From: Dehalococcoidia bacterium
GTDB lineage: Bacteria; Chloroflexota; Dehalococcoidia; Bin125
Assembly: GCA_022824765.1 (NCBI GenBank)
Contig: JAJDZG010000129.1
Coordinates: forward strand, 235-64,234
Direction of reading: 5' to 3'
DNA length: 64,000 bases
The notes below the pieces were generated by a model. It was not told the origin of the DNA. It searched no databases and was given only the letters and a program-made list of their open reading frames with translations. Shown one piece after another: positions 9,496 through 18,449 of the stretch. Both the position numbers and the translations under genes were made by a program. The stretch's first letter is position 1; the number at the start of each line of letters is the position of its first letter.

Positions 9496-10262
9496 GTTCG
9501 CTGTCCGCTGAGATAGGCCGACTGCACCTCGGGATTGCTGAGCACATCACCAGGCGCGCCGATGTCGAGCACGCGGCCCTGCGCCATCACCACGACCGGA
9601 TCGCACAGCTGGCGCACGAAATCGAGATTGTGCTCGATGATCAGGAAGGTCAGCCCCAATCGGTCGCGCAGAACGCGGATGTGTTCCGCCAGACGCGCAA
9701 TCAGCGCCGGGTTGACGCCCGCGCCCGGCTCGTCGAGCAGGATCATCTTGGGCTCCGCCATCAGCGCCCGCGCCAGCTCCAGCAGCTTGCGTTGACCACC
9801 CGACAGCGCACCGGCCCGAATGTACGCCTGGTGGCCCAGCTGCGTCTGCTCCAGCACGGCATGGGCCCGCGCCTCCAGCGCCGACTCCTCCCGCCGCAGA
9901 CGTCCCGGCGTCAGCCACGTGCGCCAGACCGATTCGCCCGACTGACGCTCCCCAGCGAGCATCAGGTTCTCGAGCACCGTCATCGTGTCCAGTTCCTGCG
10001 GAATCTGAAACGTGCGGACCAGCCCGTTCTCGAACATGCGGTGCGGCGCCAGCCCGGTCACGTCTGCGCCGTCGAACGTGACGCGCCCGCCGTCCGGCTT
10101 CAGGAATCCCGCGACGCAGTTGAACGCGGTCGTCTTGCCTGCGCCATTGGGACCGATCATCCCCGCGATCTGGCCTCGCTCGACCGAGAACGTCGCTGCG
10201 TCGCAGGCGCGCAACCCCCCGAAGTGCTTGTCCAACGCCTCGACGTCGAGCAGCGCCGACAT
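9492..10262 (-). CDS. livG: ABC transporter ATP-binding protein, LivG type
   Basis: GPNGAGKTT, LSGGQRKLLELARAL and ILLDEP. The start is set at the internal ATG (MSALLDVEALDKHFGG), 8 nt after the upstream HIT stop; the 10310 start of the longest ORF would overlap the HIT gene by 40 nt. Confidence 0.85.
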   Translation of the reverse strand: MSALLDVEALDKHFGGLRACDAATFSVERGQIAGMIGPNGAGKTTAFNCVAGFLKPDGGRVTFDGADVTGLAPHRMFENGLVRTFQIPQELDTMTVLENLMLAGERQSGESVWRTWLTPGRLRREESALEARAHAVLEQTQLGHQAYIRAGALSGGQRKLLELARALMAEPKMILLDEPGAGVNPALIARLAEHIRVLRDRLGLTFLIIEHNLDFVRQLCDPVVVMAQGRVLDIGAPGDVLSNPEVQSAYLSGQRT

Positions 10263-10269
10263 CTGGCGA

Positions 10270-10650
10270 TCAGCCCGGCGGCCAGGACAGCGCGCGACCG
10301 CCCAGGACATGCAAATGCAAGTGCGGCACCGTCTGCCCAGCGTCCTCGCCGACGTTGATCACCACACGCCAGCCCGACTCCGCGATACCCTCAATCTCCG
10401 CAACCTTCCTGGCCGCCCGCAGCAGCACGCCGAGCAGCATCGACTCCCACTCGTCCGCCTCCTGCAGACCCCTCACGGGCATGCGCGGCACCACCAGCAC
10501 ATGCGTCGGCGCTTGCGGATTCAGATCGCGAAACGCCACGCAGTGATGATCCGCGTAGACGATGTCCGCCTCCACCTCACCCCGCACGATCGCACCGAAA
10601 ATGGTGTCCGATGACCGTTCGGCCAGCGTCGGATCGGTGTAGTCAACCAC
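10270..10650 (-). CDS. HIT (histidine triad) family protein
   Basis: Histidine triad HLHLHVLGG with an upstream [12 protein letters not shown]...HVLVVPR region. A GTG start at 10650 is preceded by AAGGGGG with a 6-nt spacer; the longest ORF reaches 10689. Confidence 0.75.
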   Translation of the reverse strand: MVDYTDPTLAERSSDTIFGAIVRGEVEADIVYADHHCVAFRDLNPQAPTHVLVVPRMPVRGLQEADEWESMLLGVLLRAARKVAEIEGIAESGWRVVINVGEDAGQTVPHLHLHVLGGRALSWPPG

Positions 10651-10706
10651 GCGCTGCCCCCTTCGCCGATCGTTGCTGCGTTCTGCCACAGAGTAGCCTG
10701 TGGCAC

Positions 10707-11432
10707 ATGCCGCCCGACGCCCAGCAACCCAACCTCGTGCTCCTCCGACACGGCCAGAGCCAATGGAATCTGGAGAACCGCTTCACCGGCTGGATCGACG
10801 TACCACTGACTGATCAGGGCCGCGATGAGGCACGCCGCGCCGGCCGCCAGATTCGCGAGGCGGGCATCGAACTCGACGCCGCCTGGACCTCAGTCTTGAC
10901 CCGCGCTATCCACACCCTCTGGCTGGTCCTCGACGAGATCGACGCCCCCTGGTTGCCCGTCCGTCGCGATTGGCGCCTCAACGAACGCCACTACGGCGGC
11001 CTGCAAGGGCTGAACAAGGCAGAGACTGCGGCCAGGCACGGCGACGACCAGGTCCACATCTGGCGCCGCTCCTACGACATCCCGCCACCGCCCCTGGACG
11101 CCGACGACCCCAGCCATCCACGCTTCGACCGCCGCTATCGAGACATCCCGCGCGATGCGCTGCCTTCAGCCGAATCGCTGCAGCTGACCCTCGAGCGCGT
11201 CCTGCCCTGCTGGAATGCAGAGATCGCGCCGGCCCTCGCCAATGGTCAGCGCCTGCTGATCGCCGCCCACGGCAACAGCATCCGCGCCATCGTGAAGCAC
11301 CTCGACCGCATCTCTGACGCTGACATCACCGATCTCAACATCCCCACCGGCATGCCGCTGGGCTACACCCTCTCCCCCCAGCTAGGAGTGCTCAACCGCG
11401 GCTACCTAGCCCCCGCCGAGCCGAACCAGTAG
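10707..11432 (+). CDS. gpmA: 2,3-bisphosphoglycerate-dependent phosphoglycerate mutase
   Basis: [29 protein letters not shown] and [20 protein letters not shown] are canonical GpmA motifs. The ATG at 10707 matches the expected N-terminus. Divergent from the HIT gene. Confidence 0.85.
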   Translation: MPPDAQQPNLVLLRHGQSQWNLENRFTGWIDVPLTDQGRDEARRAGRQIREAGIELDAAWTSVLTRAIHTLWLVLDEIDAPWLPVRRDWRLNERHYGGLQGLNKAETAARHGDDQVHIWRRSYDIPPPPLDADDPSHPRFDRRYRDIPRDALPSAESLQLTLERVLPCWNAEIAPALANGQRLLIAAHGNSIRAIVKHLDRISDADITDLNIPTGMPLGYTLSPQLGVLNRGYLAPAEPNQ

Positions 11433-11445
11433 ACACCCAGCCCCC

Positions 11446-11560
11446 ACCGTCATTCCAGCGCCCCCTCCATCATTCCAGCGCCCCCGTCATTTCAGCGCCT
11501 CCCCGTCATTCCAGCGCCCCCCGTCATTCCAGCTTGTCTGGAATCTCGCCCCACAACGTC
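11446..11560. repeat. Intergenic tandem repeat array (about 19-bp period, GTCATTCCAGCGCCCCC units) ending in a hairpin unit ATTCCAGCttgtCTGGAAT
   Basis: Five imperfect tandem copies sit directly after the gpmA stop. The last copy carries a 7-bp inverted repeat (ATTCCAG/CTGGAAT). The same unit family recurs at 13712-13850. Confidence 0.6.
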
Positions 11561-11632
11561 CCACCAAATCCCAAACGAGACGCCAAGACACGCTGGAACG
11601 ACCGACTCTCCACCAGCCTCCCCAGCGACACC

Positions 11633-12505
11633 CTACGCCGTCACCGCCTCGCGGTACTGGCGGATCGCCTCGATGTGCGCGTCGATGTCCGGCAGGCCGG
11701 CATTCATCGTCGCAATCGACATCGCGGTCGCGCCCATCGCGCCCCAACGTTCCGCGTGAGACACCCACAGCTCGGGATTGCCGCCGCGGAACTGCGCCTG
11801 CGGCTCGATCGGGAAACTGTCAGCGTCGCGGCCGTGCTCTCGCAGATGACCGCGCAACGTCTCGACCATCGCCTCCGAGTCCGCGTTGGGCGCGCCGATC
11901 GGGAACCACCCGTCGCCGATCCGAGCCGTGCGCTCCAGCTGCTTGGGGTGCGCACCGCCGAACCAGACTTCGATCGGCTCCGTCGGGCGCGGCTCGATGC
12001 CGGCCGCTCGCACGCTGTGGAACTCGCCCTCGAAGTCCACCAGGTGCTCGCTCCACAGCGCGCGCATCAACGCGATCTGCTCCTCCTGGCGGCGGCCCCG
12101 ATTGCGGAAGTTCTCGCCCAACACCGCGTACTCGACCTGGTTCCAGCCGCTGCCCACGCCGAGTCGGAAGCGGTTGCCCGAAAGCACCGCCAGCTGCGCC
12201 GCCTGCTTGGCCACCAGCGCCGTCTGACGCTGCGGCAAGACCAGCACGGCCGTCGCCAGACCCAGCGTGCGCGTGTGCGCGGCAATGAAGCCCAGCGTCA
12301 CGAACACCTCGTGGAACGGATGCTCGTCCGTGTACGGACCAGTCATCTGATGCACCGACGGGTCGGCGCCCAGCACGTGGTCGTAGATCAACAGGTGGTC
12401 AAAGCCCAATCCCTCGACGGCCTGCGCGTAGTCTCGGATCGCGCCGGGGTCCGCGCCAATCTCGTTGGTCGGCAGCACCGCGCCCAAGCTCAGATTCGTG
12501 GCCAT
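11633..12505 (-). CDS. LLM class F420-dependent / luciferase-like oxidoreductase
   Basis: 290 aa with luciferase-like monooxygenase features (GFDHLLIYDHV, LGVGSGWNQVEY, WFGGAHPKQLERTARIGDGWFP). Confidence 0.85.
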   Translation of the reverse strand: MATNLSLGAVLPTNEIGADPGAIRDYAQAVEGLGFDHLLIYDHVLGADPSVHQMTGPYTDEHPFHEVFVTLGFIAAHTRTLGLATAVLVLPQRQTALVAKQAAQLAVLSGNRFRLGVGSGWNQVEYAVLGENFRNRGRRQEEQIALMRALWSEHLVDFEGEFHSVRAAGIEPRPTEPIEVWFGGAHPKQLERTARIGDGWFPIGAPNADSEAMVETLRGHLREHGRDADSFPIEPQAQFRGGNPELWVSHAERWGAMGATAMSIATMNAGLPDIDAHIEAIRQYREAVTA

Positions 12506-12556
12506 CTTGCATCCTTTCGCGACGGACCACCAGCGGGACCGCCCGACTCGATTCTA

Positions 12557-12586
12557 GTCGCCCCGAGTCGCCCCGAGTCGCCGCGC
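12557..12586. promoter_or_regulatory. Three tandem 10-bp direct repeats ((T/G)AGTCGCCCC) in a divergent promoter region
   Basis: The run tagtcgcccc gagtcgcccc gagtcgccgc lies between the divergently oriented LLM (start 12505) and CitE-like (start 12632) genes. Candidate regulator binding site. Confidence 0.3.
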
Positions 12587-12631
12587 TGTCGTACCCTCGA
12601 AGCACCGCAGCCCGACCTCTCGGAGACCACC

Positions 12632-13690
12632 ATGCCCACGCCCCGTCAGTTTCTGCGCCCGCTCGTGCTCGGCGCCCCCGATCCGCCGCGCGACATCCCC
12701 ACGACGCCCTCGCGGATGATCCACTTCTTCGATCCGTCCAACGAGCGCATTCGCGCCCGACTGCCGCAGCTCGCTCCAACCGTCGACATCCTGCTCGGCA
12801 ACCTCGAGGACGCGATCCCACCCTCTGCCAAAGAAGCGGCCCGCAACGGACTGATCGAGGTTGGCCAAACCCTCGACCTGGGCCAGACCAAACTCTGGAC
12901 CCGCGTCAATGCCGTCGACAGCCCCTGGTTCCTCGATGACATGCTGCAGCTGACCGAGTCAATCGGCGGCGTCCTCGACACCGTCATGCTGCCCAAAGTC
13001 AATGGACCCGAAGAGATTCGCTTCCTCGACCTGTTGCTCGCCCAGCTTGAAGCGCGCAACGGTCTGACCCAACCGATCCTGATTCACGCCATCCTCGAGA
13101 CCGCGCAAGGCGTCTCCAACGTCGAGGCCATCGCCCAATCGAGCCCGCGCCTGCAAGGAATGAGCCTCGGACCGTCCGACCTGGCCGCCTCGCGGCGGAT
13201 GAAGACCACACGCGTCGGCGGACCGCACCCCGGCTACGTCGTCCGCGATGACGCCAATCCCGACGACGACGCCACGCCGCGCACGCCCTACATTCAGGAC
13301 CCCTGGCACTACACGCTGGCCCGCATGGTCGACGCCTGCGCGGCCAACGAGATCTATCCCTTCTACGGCCCCTTCGGAGACTTTTCCGATCCCATCGGCT
13401 GCGAAGACCAGTTCCGCGCCGCTTTCATCCTCGGTTGCGTCGGCGCTTGGACGCTGCATCCCAACCAGATTCCGATCGCCAAGTCCGTGTTCCGTCCCAA
13501 CGCCGACGAAGTCGCCTTCGCCCGTCGCGTCGTGGCCGCCATGGAGGAAGCCGGCGGCGCCGGAGGAGTCGCCGTCGTCGACGGCAAAATGCAGGACGAC
13601 GCCACCTACAAGCAATGCCAGGTCCTCCTCGACCTCGCAAACATGCTCGCAGAGAAGGACCCAGAGCTCGCCGATCTCTACCACGAGTAG
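12632..13690 (+). CDS. HpcH/HpaI aldolase / citrate lyase beta subunit (CitE)-like acyl-CoA lyase family protein
   Basis: 352 aa with CitE-like features (MIHFFDPSNERIRARLPQ...VDILLGNLEDAIPP...KEAARNG). GGAGA lies 5 nt before the ATG at 12632. The 718-aa ORF in the track (from 11534) has a spurious N-terminal part antisense to the LLM gene. Confidence 0.8.
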   Translation: MPTPRQFLRPLVLGAPDPPRDIPTTPSRMIHFFDPSNERIRARLPQLAPTVDILLGNLEDAIPPSAKEAARNGLIEVGQTLDLGQTKLWTRVNAVDSPWFLDDMLQLTESIGGVLDTVMLPKVNGPEEIRFLDLLLAQLEARNGLTQPILIHAILETAQGVSNVEAIAQSSPRLQGMSLGPSDLAASRRMKTTRVGGPHPGYVVRDDANPDDDATPRTPYIQDPWHYTLARMVDACAANEIYPFYGPFGDFSDPIGCEDQFRAAFILGCVGAWTLHPNQIPIAKSVFRPNADEVAFARRVVAAMEEAGGAGGVAVVDGKMQDDATYKQCQVLLDLANMLAEKDPELADLYHE

Positions 13691-13711
13691 CGCTCCCGTC
13701 CCTCCAAAGAA

Positions 13712-13850
13712 CAGACCATCATTCCACCCCCTCACCGTCTTTCCAGCTTGTCTGGAATCTCGCCCGGCTACACACCCGAACTCCGTCATTCCAGCCCCCC
13801 AACCGTCATTCCAGCCCCTCACCGTCTTTCCAGCTTGTCTGGAATCGCGC
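13712..13850. repeat. Second copy of the tandem-repeat/hairpin family (GTCATTCCAGCCCC units plus two GTCTTTCCAGCTTGTCTGGAATC hairpin units)
   Basis: Lies directly after the CitE-like stop. It shares the TTCCAGCTTGTCTGGAATCTCGCC hairpin and the GTCATTCCAGC core with the 11446-11560 array. Confidence 0.6.
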
Positions 13851-13905
13851 CTGCAACGACGCTCAGCGCAGTGATCGATCAGCTGCACTCACAACCTCTC
13901 TGACG

Positions 13906-16674
13906 TCAGTTCGCCCGGCCTCGCGAGGCCGCCTCCTCGTACGCCTGTCCCGTCAGCCGACGAATGATCTGCACCGAGTACGTCGAGAGCACCCATTTGC
14001 CCGCCATCGCGGCGGCCGCCGCCACGATTACAATCGCCCACTCCGCAGCCGACAGCGGTGAGAAGTCGAAGAACTCCCGCAGCGGCGGCGTGTAGAGCGT
14101 CAGCACAAACACGCCCAACAACGCAGCCCCGAAGAACGTCACCAGCGCTGGACGCATCAAGCTGTCGCGCGTCGCGCCCTGGTAGCCAATCACCTCCACC
14201 ATGTAGGCCAGCCCCACGATCCCGATCGTCGTGCTGACCAGCGTGCGCGCGTCCTCCACCGGCCGGCCAAGGATTCCCTCGGTCAGCAAGTGCACCGCCA
14301 CAGCCGAGACCGCCAGCGCGAGCGATGCAGGAATCGCAAAACGCATCGTCGAGGAGAGAAAGTCCCGCCCTGCCGATCGCGGCGGACGCGTCAGCGTGAT
14401 GAACACCGCCGGCACGCCGAGCGTGAACAGTGCCGTCAATGACCCGTGCCGCGGCAGGAACGGAAACTCGAGGCTCATCATGTTCGATATGAAGATGATC
14501 AGGAACGCGTAGAAGCTCTTGGTCACGAACAGCTTGGACAGCTGCGATGCGTTGCCCAGCACGTTCTGCGCGATCTCCGCGCCCCGCACGAGTGCCTCGA
14601 ACGAGTCGTTGCGCAGCACAATCGCGGCCACACCCCGCGCCGTGCTCGAGCCCGACTCCATCGCCACCCCGACATCCGCCTGGCGCAGCGCCCGCACGTC
14701 GTTGGCCCCGTCGCCGACCATCGCCACATAGTGACCATTCGCCTGCAACGCCGCGACGACCCGCTCCTTCTGCTGCGGCGCGATCCGTCCAAAGACCGAG
14801 TGCTGCTCGACCGCGTCAGCCAGCTCATCGTCCGTCAACCGATCAAGCTCGACACCAGTGATCAGGCCGCCCGGCAGCGTGACGCCCAACTGCTGCACGA
14901 GCGCCGCCACCGTCGCCGGATGGTCACCGCTAATGATCTTGGGTTCGATGCCCAGATCGTCCATCATCCGGAACGTATCTGCGATCTCCGGGCGCAGCTC
15001 GTCGGCAACGGTGACCAGCGCGACCACCCGCAGCTCAGGCAGCGTGTCCGACTCCGCGTCGGGCATGCTCGCCGCTTCGGCGAAGACCACGCCGCGCAAT
15101 CCGCGCTGCGCCGCTCGCTCATACTCGGCCAGTAGCTGTGCGCGGACGTCATCGTCCTCGCCGCCCGCCGGACTCAGCAGACGCTCCGCCGCGCCGAGCA
15201 CGAAGACGCGATGTTCCGCGCCCAACCTCAGGTGCGCCGCGCTCCAGCGACGCTCCGAGTTGAACGGCTCGTCCGCCAGCAACACGGCGCCGTTCGACTG
15301 TGCAGCGAACGCCGCCGCGAGCGCCTCGGCGGTCTTGTTGTTGGCCGACGTCGCGCCCGCGAACGCACCCAACCAGCCGGCCAGCGCACGACCGCCCGGC
15401 GCCCAGCGAATGTCGTCGACCTGCAGCCGATTGGCCGTGATCGTGCCTGTCTTGTCCAGACAGACAATATCCAGATAGTTGAGCGCTTCGACGGCGGTGT
15501 TGTCCTGCACAATCGCACCCAGCCTCGACACGCGCAGCGCACCCACGGCAAACGCGACCGTGAAGCCCAGCATCAGACCTTCCGGCACCACCGACGTCGC
15601 CGTCGCAATCGTCGCGCGAACCGCTTCATCGAACGCGCGGCCGGTGATCAGGAACGAAATCAGAATCAGCAACCCGAGAATGAACGTGGCCACGATCAGG
15701 CCGTCGAGAATGCGCTTGAAGCGCAACTGGAGCGGCGTTTCGGTGCGTTTCAACTCCCGCGCTTCGCGGGTCTCCCGGACGGCCCGCGACTCGCCGCCGA
15801 CGCGCGCCGCGCGGTAGTAGCACGACCCGCCCACGCAGAACGCTCCCGACTCCAGTTCCTCGCCCGGACCGCGACGCACCGAGTTGGTCTCGCCGGTCAA
15901 GATCGACTCGTCCAGCTCCGCCTCTTCCCACACGATCGGCCCATCGGCGACCACCTGATCGCCCGAGCGGAGAACGAGCAGGTCATCTGCGACGACATCC
16001 GTAGCCGGCACATCGAGCTCATAGCCTTCGCGCACCACAGTCGCCGTCGGCGCAGTCAACGCCACCAACTGACGCAGATTTCGCGTCGCGCGAATCTCCT
16101 GGAATGTCCCAACCAGCACGTTCGCGATCACCACGATCCCCACGAACGCGGCATCCTGCAGATGATCCGTCTTCTGCTCCGTGACCGCGAGCACGAGCAA
16201 GATCCCGATCAGCCCAAAGAGAATCAGGTTGAAGTACGTGAAGACATTGGAAATGACCACATCGAGGTCCGAGCGCTGCCTCGAGGTGTCACGGTTGACG
16301 CGGCCGTCCAGCATCCGCTGCGCGACATCAGCCTCGCTCAGACCCAGCAGCTCAGGCGGTTCGGATCGACGCTCCGTTCGCGGCGCGCGCCTGACCTGAT
16401 CGGGAGGGTCAGCAGTCAGCGGCGCAGACGGCACAAGCGGCGCAGACGGCACCACCGCCAGCGGAGCCATCGATGCGGCGCCGCCCAACTCGCCGCTCGG
16501 TTCGTTGGACCAGTCCGAGAGCCAGCCGGCCTGCGCCCGACCTTCAAGCTCTGCCAGAGCAGCCGTCACCTGCCGCAACGGCTCGGGATCGAGCGGCGGC
16601 TGACCTTCCTCGAGCGCCGCCAGGTCAAACAACGGCAGCGCGTCGGCGTCATCGAACGGCGCGGGAGTCGTCAT
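13906..16674 (-). CDS. Cation-transporting P-type ATPase (HAD superfamily, type II-like) with an N-terminal Pro/Ala-rich extension of about 100 aa
   Basis: The P-type motifs are present (DKTGTIT at CLDKTGTITANRL, GDGANDVRALRQADVGVAM), along with multiple TM helices. The start is uncertain because no RBS precedes the ATG at 16674. Confidence 0.85.
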   Translation of the reverse strand: MTTPAPFDDADALPLFDLAALEEGQPPLDPEPLRQVTAALAELEGRAQAGWLSDWSNEPSGELGGAASMAPLAVVPSAPLVPSAPLTADPPDQVRRAPRTERRSEPPELLGLSEADVAQRMLDGRVNRDTSRQRSDLDVVISNVFTYFNLILFGLIGILLVLAVTEQKTDHLQDAAFVGIVVIANVLVGTFQEIRATRNLRQLVALTAPTATVVREGYELDVPATDVVADDLLVLRSGDQVVADGPIVWEEAELDESILTGETNSVRRGPGEELESGAFCVGGSCYYRAARVGGESRAVRETREARELKRTETPLQLRFKRILDGLIVATFILGLLILISFLITGRAFDEAVRATIATATSVVPEGLMLGFTVAFAVGALRVSRLGAIVQDNTAVEALNYLDIVCLDKTGTITANRLQVDDIRWAPGGRALAGWLGAFAGATSANNKTAEALAAAFAAQSNGAVLLADEPFNSERRWSAAHLRLGAEHRVFVLGAAERLLSPAGGEDDDVRAQLLAEYERAAQRGLRGVVFAEAASMPDAESDTLPELRVVALVTVADELRPEIADTFRMMDDLGIEPKIISGDHPATVAALVQQLGVTLPGGLITGVELDRLTDDELADAVEQHSVFGRIAPQQKERVVAALQANGHYVAMVGDGANDVRALRQADVGVAMESGSSTARGVAAIVLRNDSFEALVRGAEIAQNVLGNASQLSKLFVTKSFYAFLIIFISNMMSLEFPFLPRHGSLTALFTLGVPAVFITLTRPPRSAGRDFLSSTMRFAIPASLALAVSAVAVHLLTEGILGRPVEDARTLVSTTIGIVGLAYMVEVIGYQGATRDSLMRPALVTFFGAALLGVFVLTLYTPPLREFFDFSPLSAAEWAIVIVAAAAAMAGKWVLSTYSVQIIRRLTGQAYEEAASRGRAN

Positions 16675-16744
16675 GGGTCAACTCTAGGACCGCCCGCGAA
16701 CGCGCGTCTGTCGTCGGAGGCGTTTGGCCGACGTGGACGTGCCG

Positions 16745-17614
16745 TCAGTCGTTGAGCGATCGCTCCAGACCCGCCAGACGCTCGGTCCGCCGCGCGGCGC
16801 GCAGTCCGCGGCGCGATTCCAACACGCCCCACGACAGCGCCAGCGCAAACACCGCCGATTGCACCAGCACCACCGTCGCGCCCGACGACACATCCACAAA
16901 CCAAGACACGTACACGCCGATGAAGCCGGTCAATGCGCCGATGAACACCGCAATGATGAACATGCGCGGGAACGAATCGGTCAGCATGCGCGCCACCACC
17001 GGCGGAATCACCAACGCCGCGGCGATCAGCGTCACCCCCAGCACTTGTAACGCCGCCACGACCGTCGCCGCCAGCGCCAGCGAAAAGATCGCCTCGACCC
17101 AGCGCACGGAGATCCCGTACGACTCGGCCACGTCGTTGTCGAATGTGATGAACACGAGCGGCTTCCAGAGCAGGAACAGCACCAGCGCAATCAAAATGAC
17201 CATGCCAGTCGTCACATACAGGTCCTGGTTGGTGATACCCAGAATCTCTCCGAACAACGCCGCCTCGAAGTCGCGGGTAAAGCTGCGCGCCCGCGAAATG
17301 ACGGCAATGCCGATCGCGAAGGCGGCCGTGGTCACAATGCCGATCGCCGCGTCGCCGCCGATCTGGCGGCGGCGCGCCGCCTGGTTGATCAGAAAGACCG
17401 AGAACGCGCCCCAGATGCTCGCGCCGAGAAAGAAGTTGAAGCCAATCGTGAACGAGACCACCGCACCGCCGAAGATGCTGTGCGCGAGGCCATGTCCGAT
17501 ATACGCCAGACGGCGCAAGATCACGAACACGCCGACCGCCGCTGTCACGCTGCCGACCAGCGTCGCGGCGATCATCGCCCGCTGCATGAAGCCGAACTCA
17601 AACGGCTCAAGCAT
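16745..17614 (-). CDS. Metal ABC transporter permease (ABC-3, ZnuB/MntB family)
   Basis: Multi-TM protein with the ZnuB-like core. An internal ATG (MLEPFEFGF...) overlaps the upstream ATPase stop by 8 nt; the longer Arg-rich N-terminal ORF extension is not plausible coding. Confidence 0.85.
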   Translation of the reverse strand: MLEPFEFGFMQRAMIAATLVGSVTAAVGVFVILRRLAYIGHGLAHSIFGGAVVSFTIGFNFFLGASIWGAFSVFLINQAARRRQIGGDAAIGIVTTAAFAIGIAVISRARSFTRDFEAALFGEILGITNQDLYVTTGMVILIALVLFLLWKPLVFITFDNDVAESYGISVRWVEAIFSLALAATVVAALQVLGVTLIAAALVIPPVVARMLTDSFPRMFIIAVFIGALTGFIGVYVSWFVDVSSGATVVLVQSAVFALALSWGVLESRRGLRAARRTERLAGLERSLND

Positions 17615-18449
17615 CGTCGCGATCCGGCGCAGCGACCACGCTGACGACTTCCGGCGGCGGCAGGTCATCGCCGTGCGCCCCCGGCGCTTCCTCAGGCACG
17701 GGCAAGACGTACGTCTCATGTCCGCTCTGCACCACCAACATCGGTTGGCCGTACGCCCGCTCCAGAATCTTCGGCTGCAACACCTCCGACGGCGGACCGT
17801 CGGCCAGCACGGTCTGCTCGCCGAGCGCAATCAGCCGCGGCAGATGCGACGCGACCCCATTCAGGTCATGCGTGGTCAGCACCACTGTCACGCCAGCGCT
17901 GTTCAGCGCAGCCAACTGGTGCAGAATCTCGTGACGCGTCTTGATATCGACGCCCGATGTCGGCTCGTCGAGCAAGAGCAGGTCGGGCGAGCGAATCAGC
18001 GCGCGAGCCAGGAACGTTCGTTGCTGTTGACCGCCCGACAGCGCGCGAATCGGCCGGTCGGCCAGATCGGCAATGCCCAGCTGCGCCAGCACCACCCTCG
18101 CCCGGCTGCGCTCGGCGCGACTTGTCCAGGGCAGCCAGCGATTCGTCCGCCAGCTGCCCAGCAGCGCCACCTGCTCGACCGTGATCGGAAAGTTCCAGTC
18201 CACCGTCTCGACCTGCGGCACATAGCCAACGCGGGTGTGGCTGGCCACCTCGGCCGTGCCGGCGTACAGCTCCGGCTCGCCCAGCAGCGAGCGCAGCAGC
18301 GTCGTCTTGCCGCAGCCGCTGGGCCCGACAATCCCGATCAGTTCACCCGGTGCTATCTGCAGGTCGATGTCGCGCAGCGCTGCCACGCCCTCGTATCCGA
18401 CGGCGACACCCTCAAGTCTGACGAGCTGGTCTACTCCGATGGTCGCCAC
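17607..18449 (-). CDS. Metal ABC transporter ATP-binding protein (ZnuC/MntA family)
   Basis: GPSGCGKTT, LSGGQQQRTFLARAL and LLLDEPTSGVD. Confidence 0.85.
   Translation of the reverse strand: MATIGVDQLVRLEGVAVGYEGVAALRDIDLQIAPGELIGIVGPSGCGKTTLLRSLLGEPELYAGTAEVASHTRVGYVPQVETVDWNFPITVEQVALLGSWRTNRWLPWTSRAERSRARVVLAQLGIADLADRPIRALSGGQQQRTFLARALIRSPDLLLLDEPTSGVDIKTRHEILHQLAALNSAGVTVVLTTHDLNGVASHLPRLIALGEQTVLADGPPSEVLQPKILERAYGQPMLVVQSGHETYVLPVPEEAPGAHGDDLPPPEVVSVVAAPDRDDA

Noticed and set aside
11433-11575. Possible CRISPR array
   Set aside because: The repeats are contiguous with a 19-20-bp period and no interspersed unique spacers. No cas genes are present. The array is better described as a tandem repeat/hairpin element.
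11534-13690. 718-aa ORF on the + strand
   Set aside because: Only the last 352 codons (from the ATG at 12632, with a GGAGA RBS) are CitE-like. The upstream 366 codons are the antisense of the LLM oxidoreductase gene and are Arg/Leu-rich nonsense.
13248-13874. 208-aa ORF running through the tandem repeats (…PLTVFPACLESR… repeated)
   Set aside because: The repetitive Pro/Ser peptide is just the translation of the non-coding hairpin repeat array. The 5' part is out of frame within the CitE-like gene.
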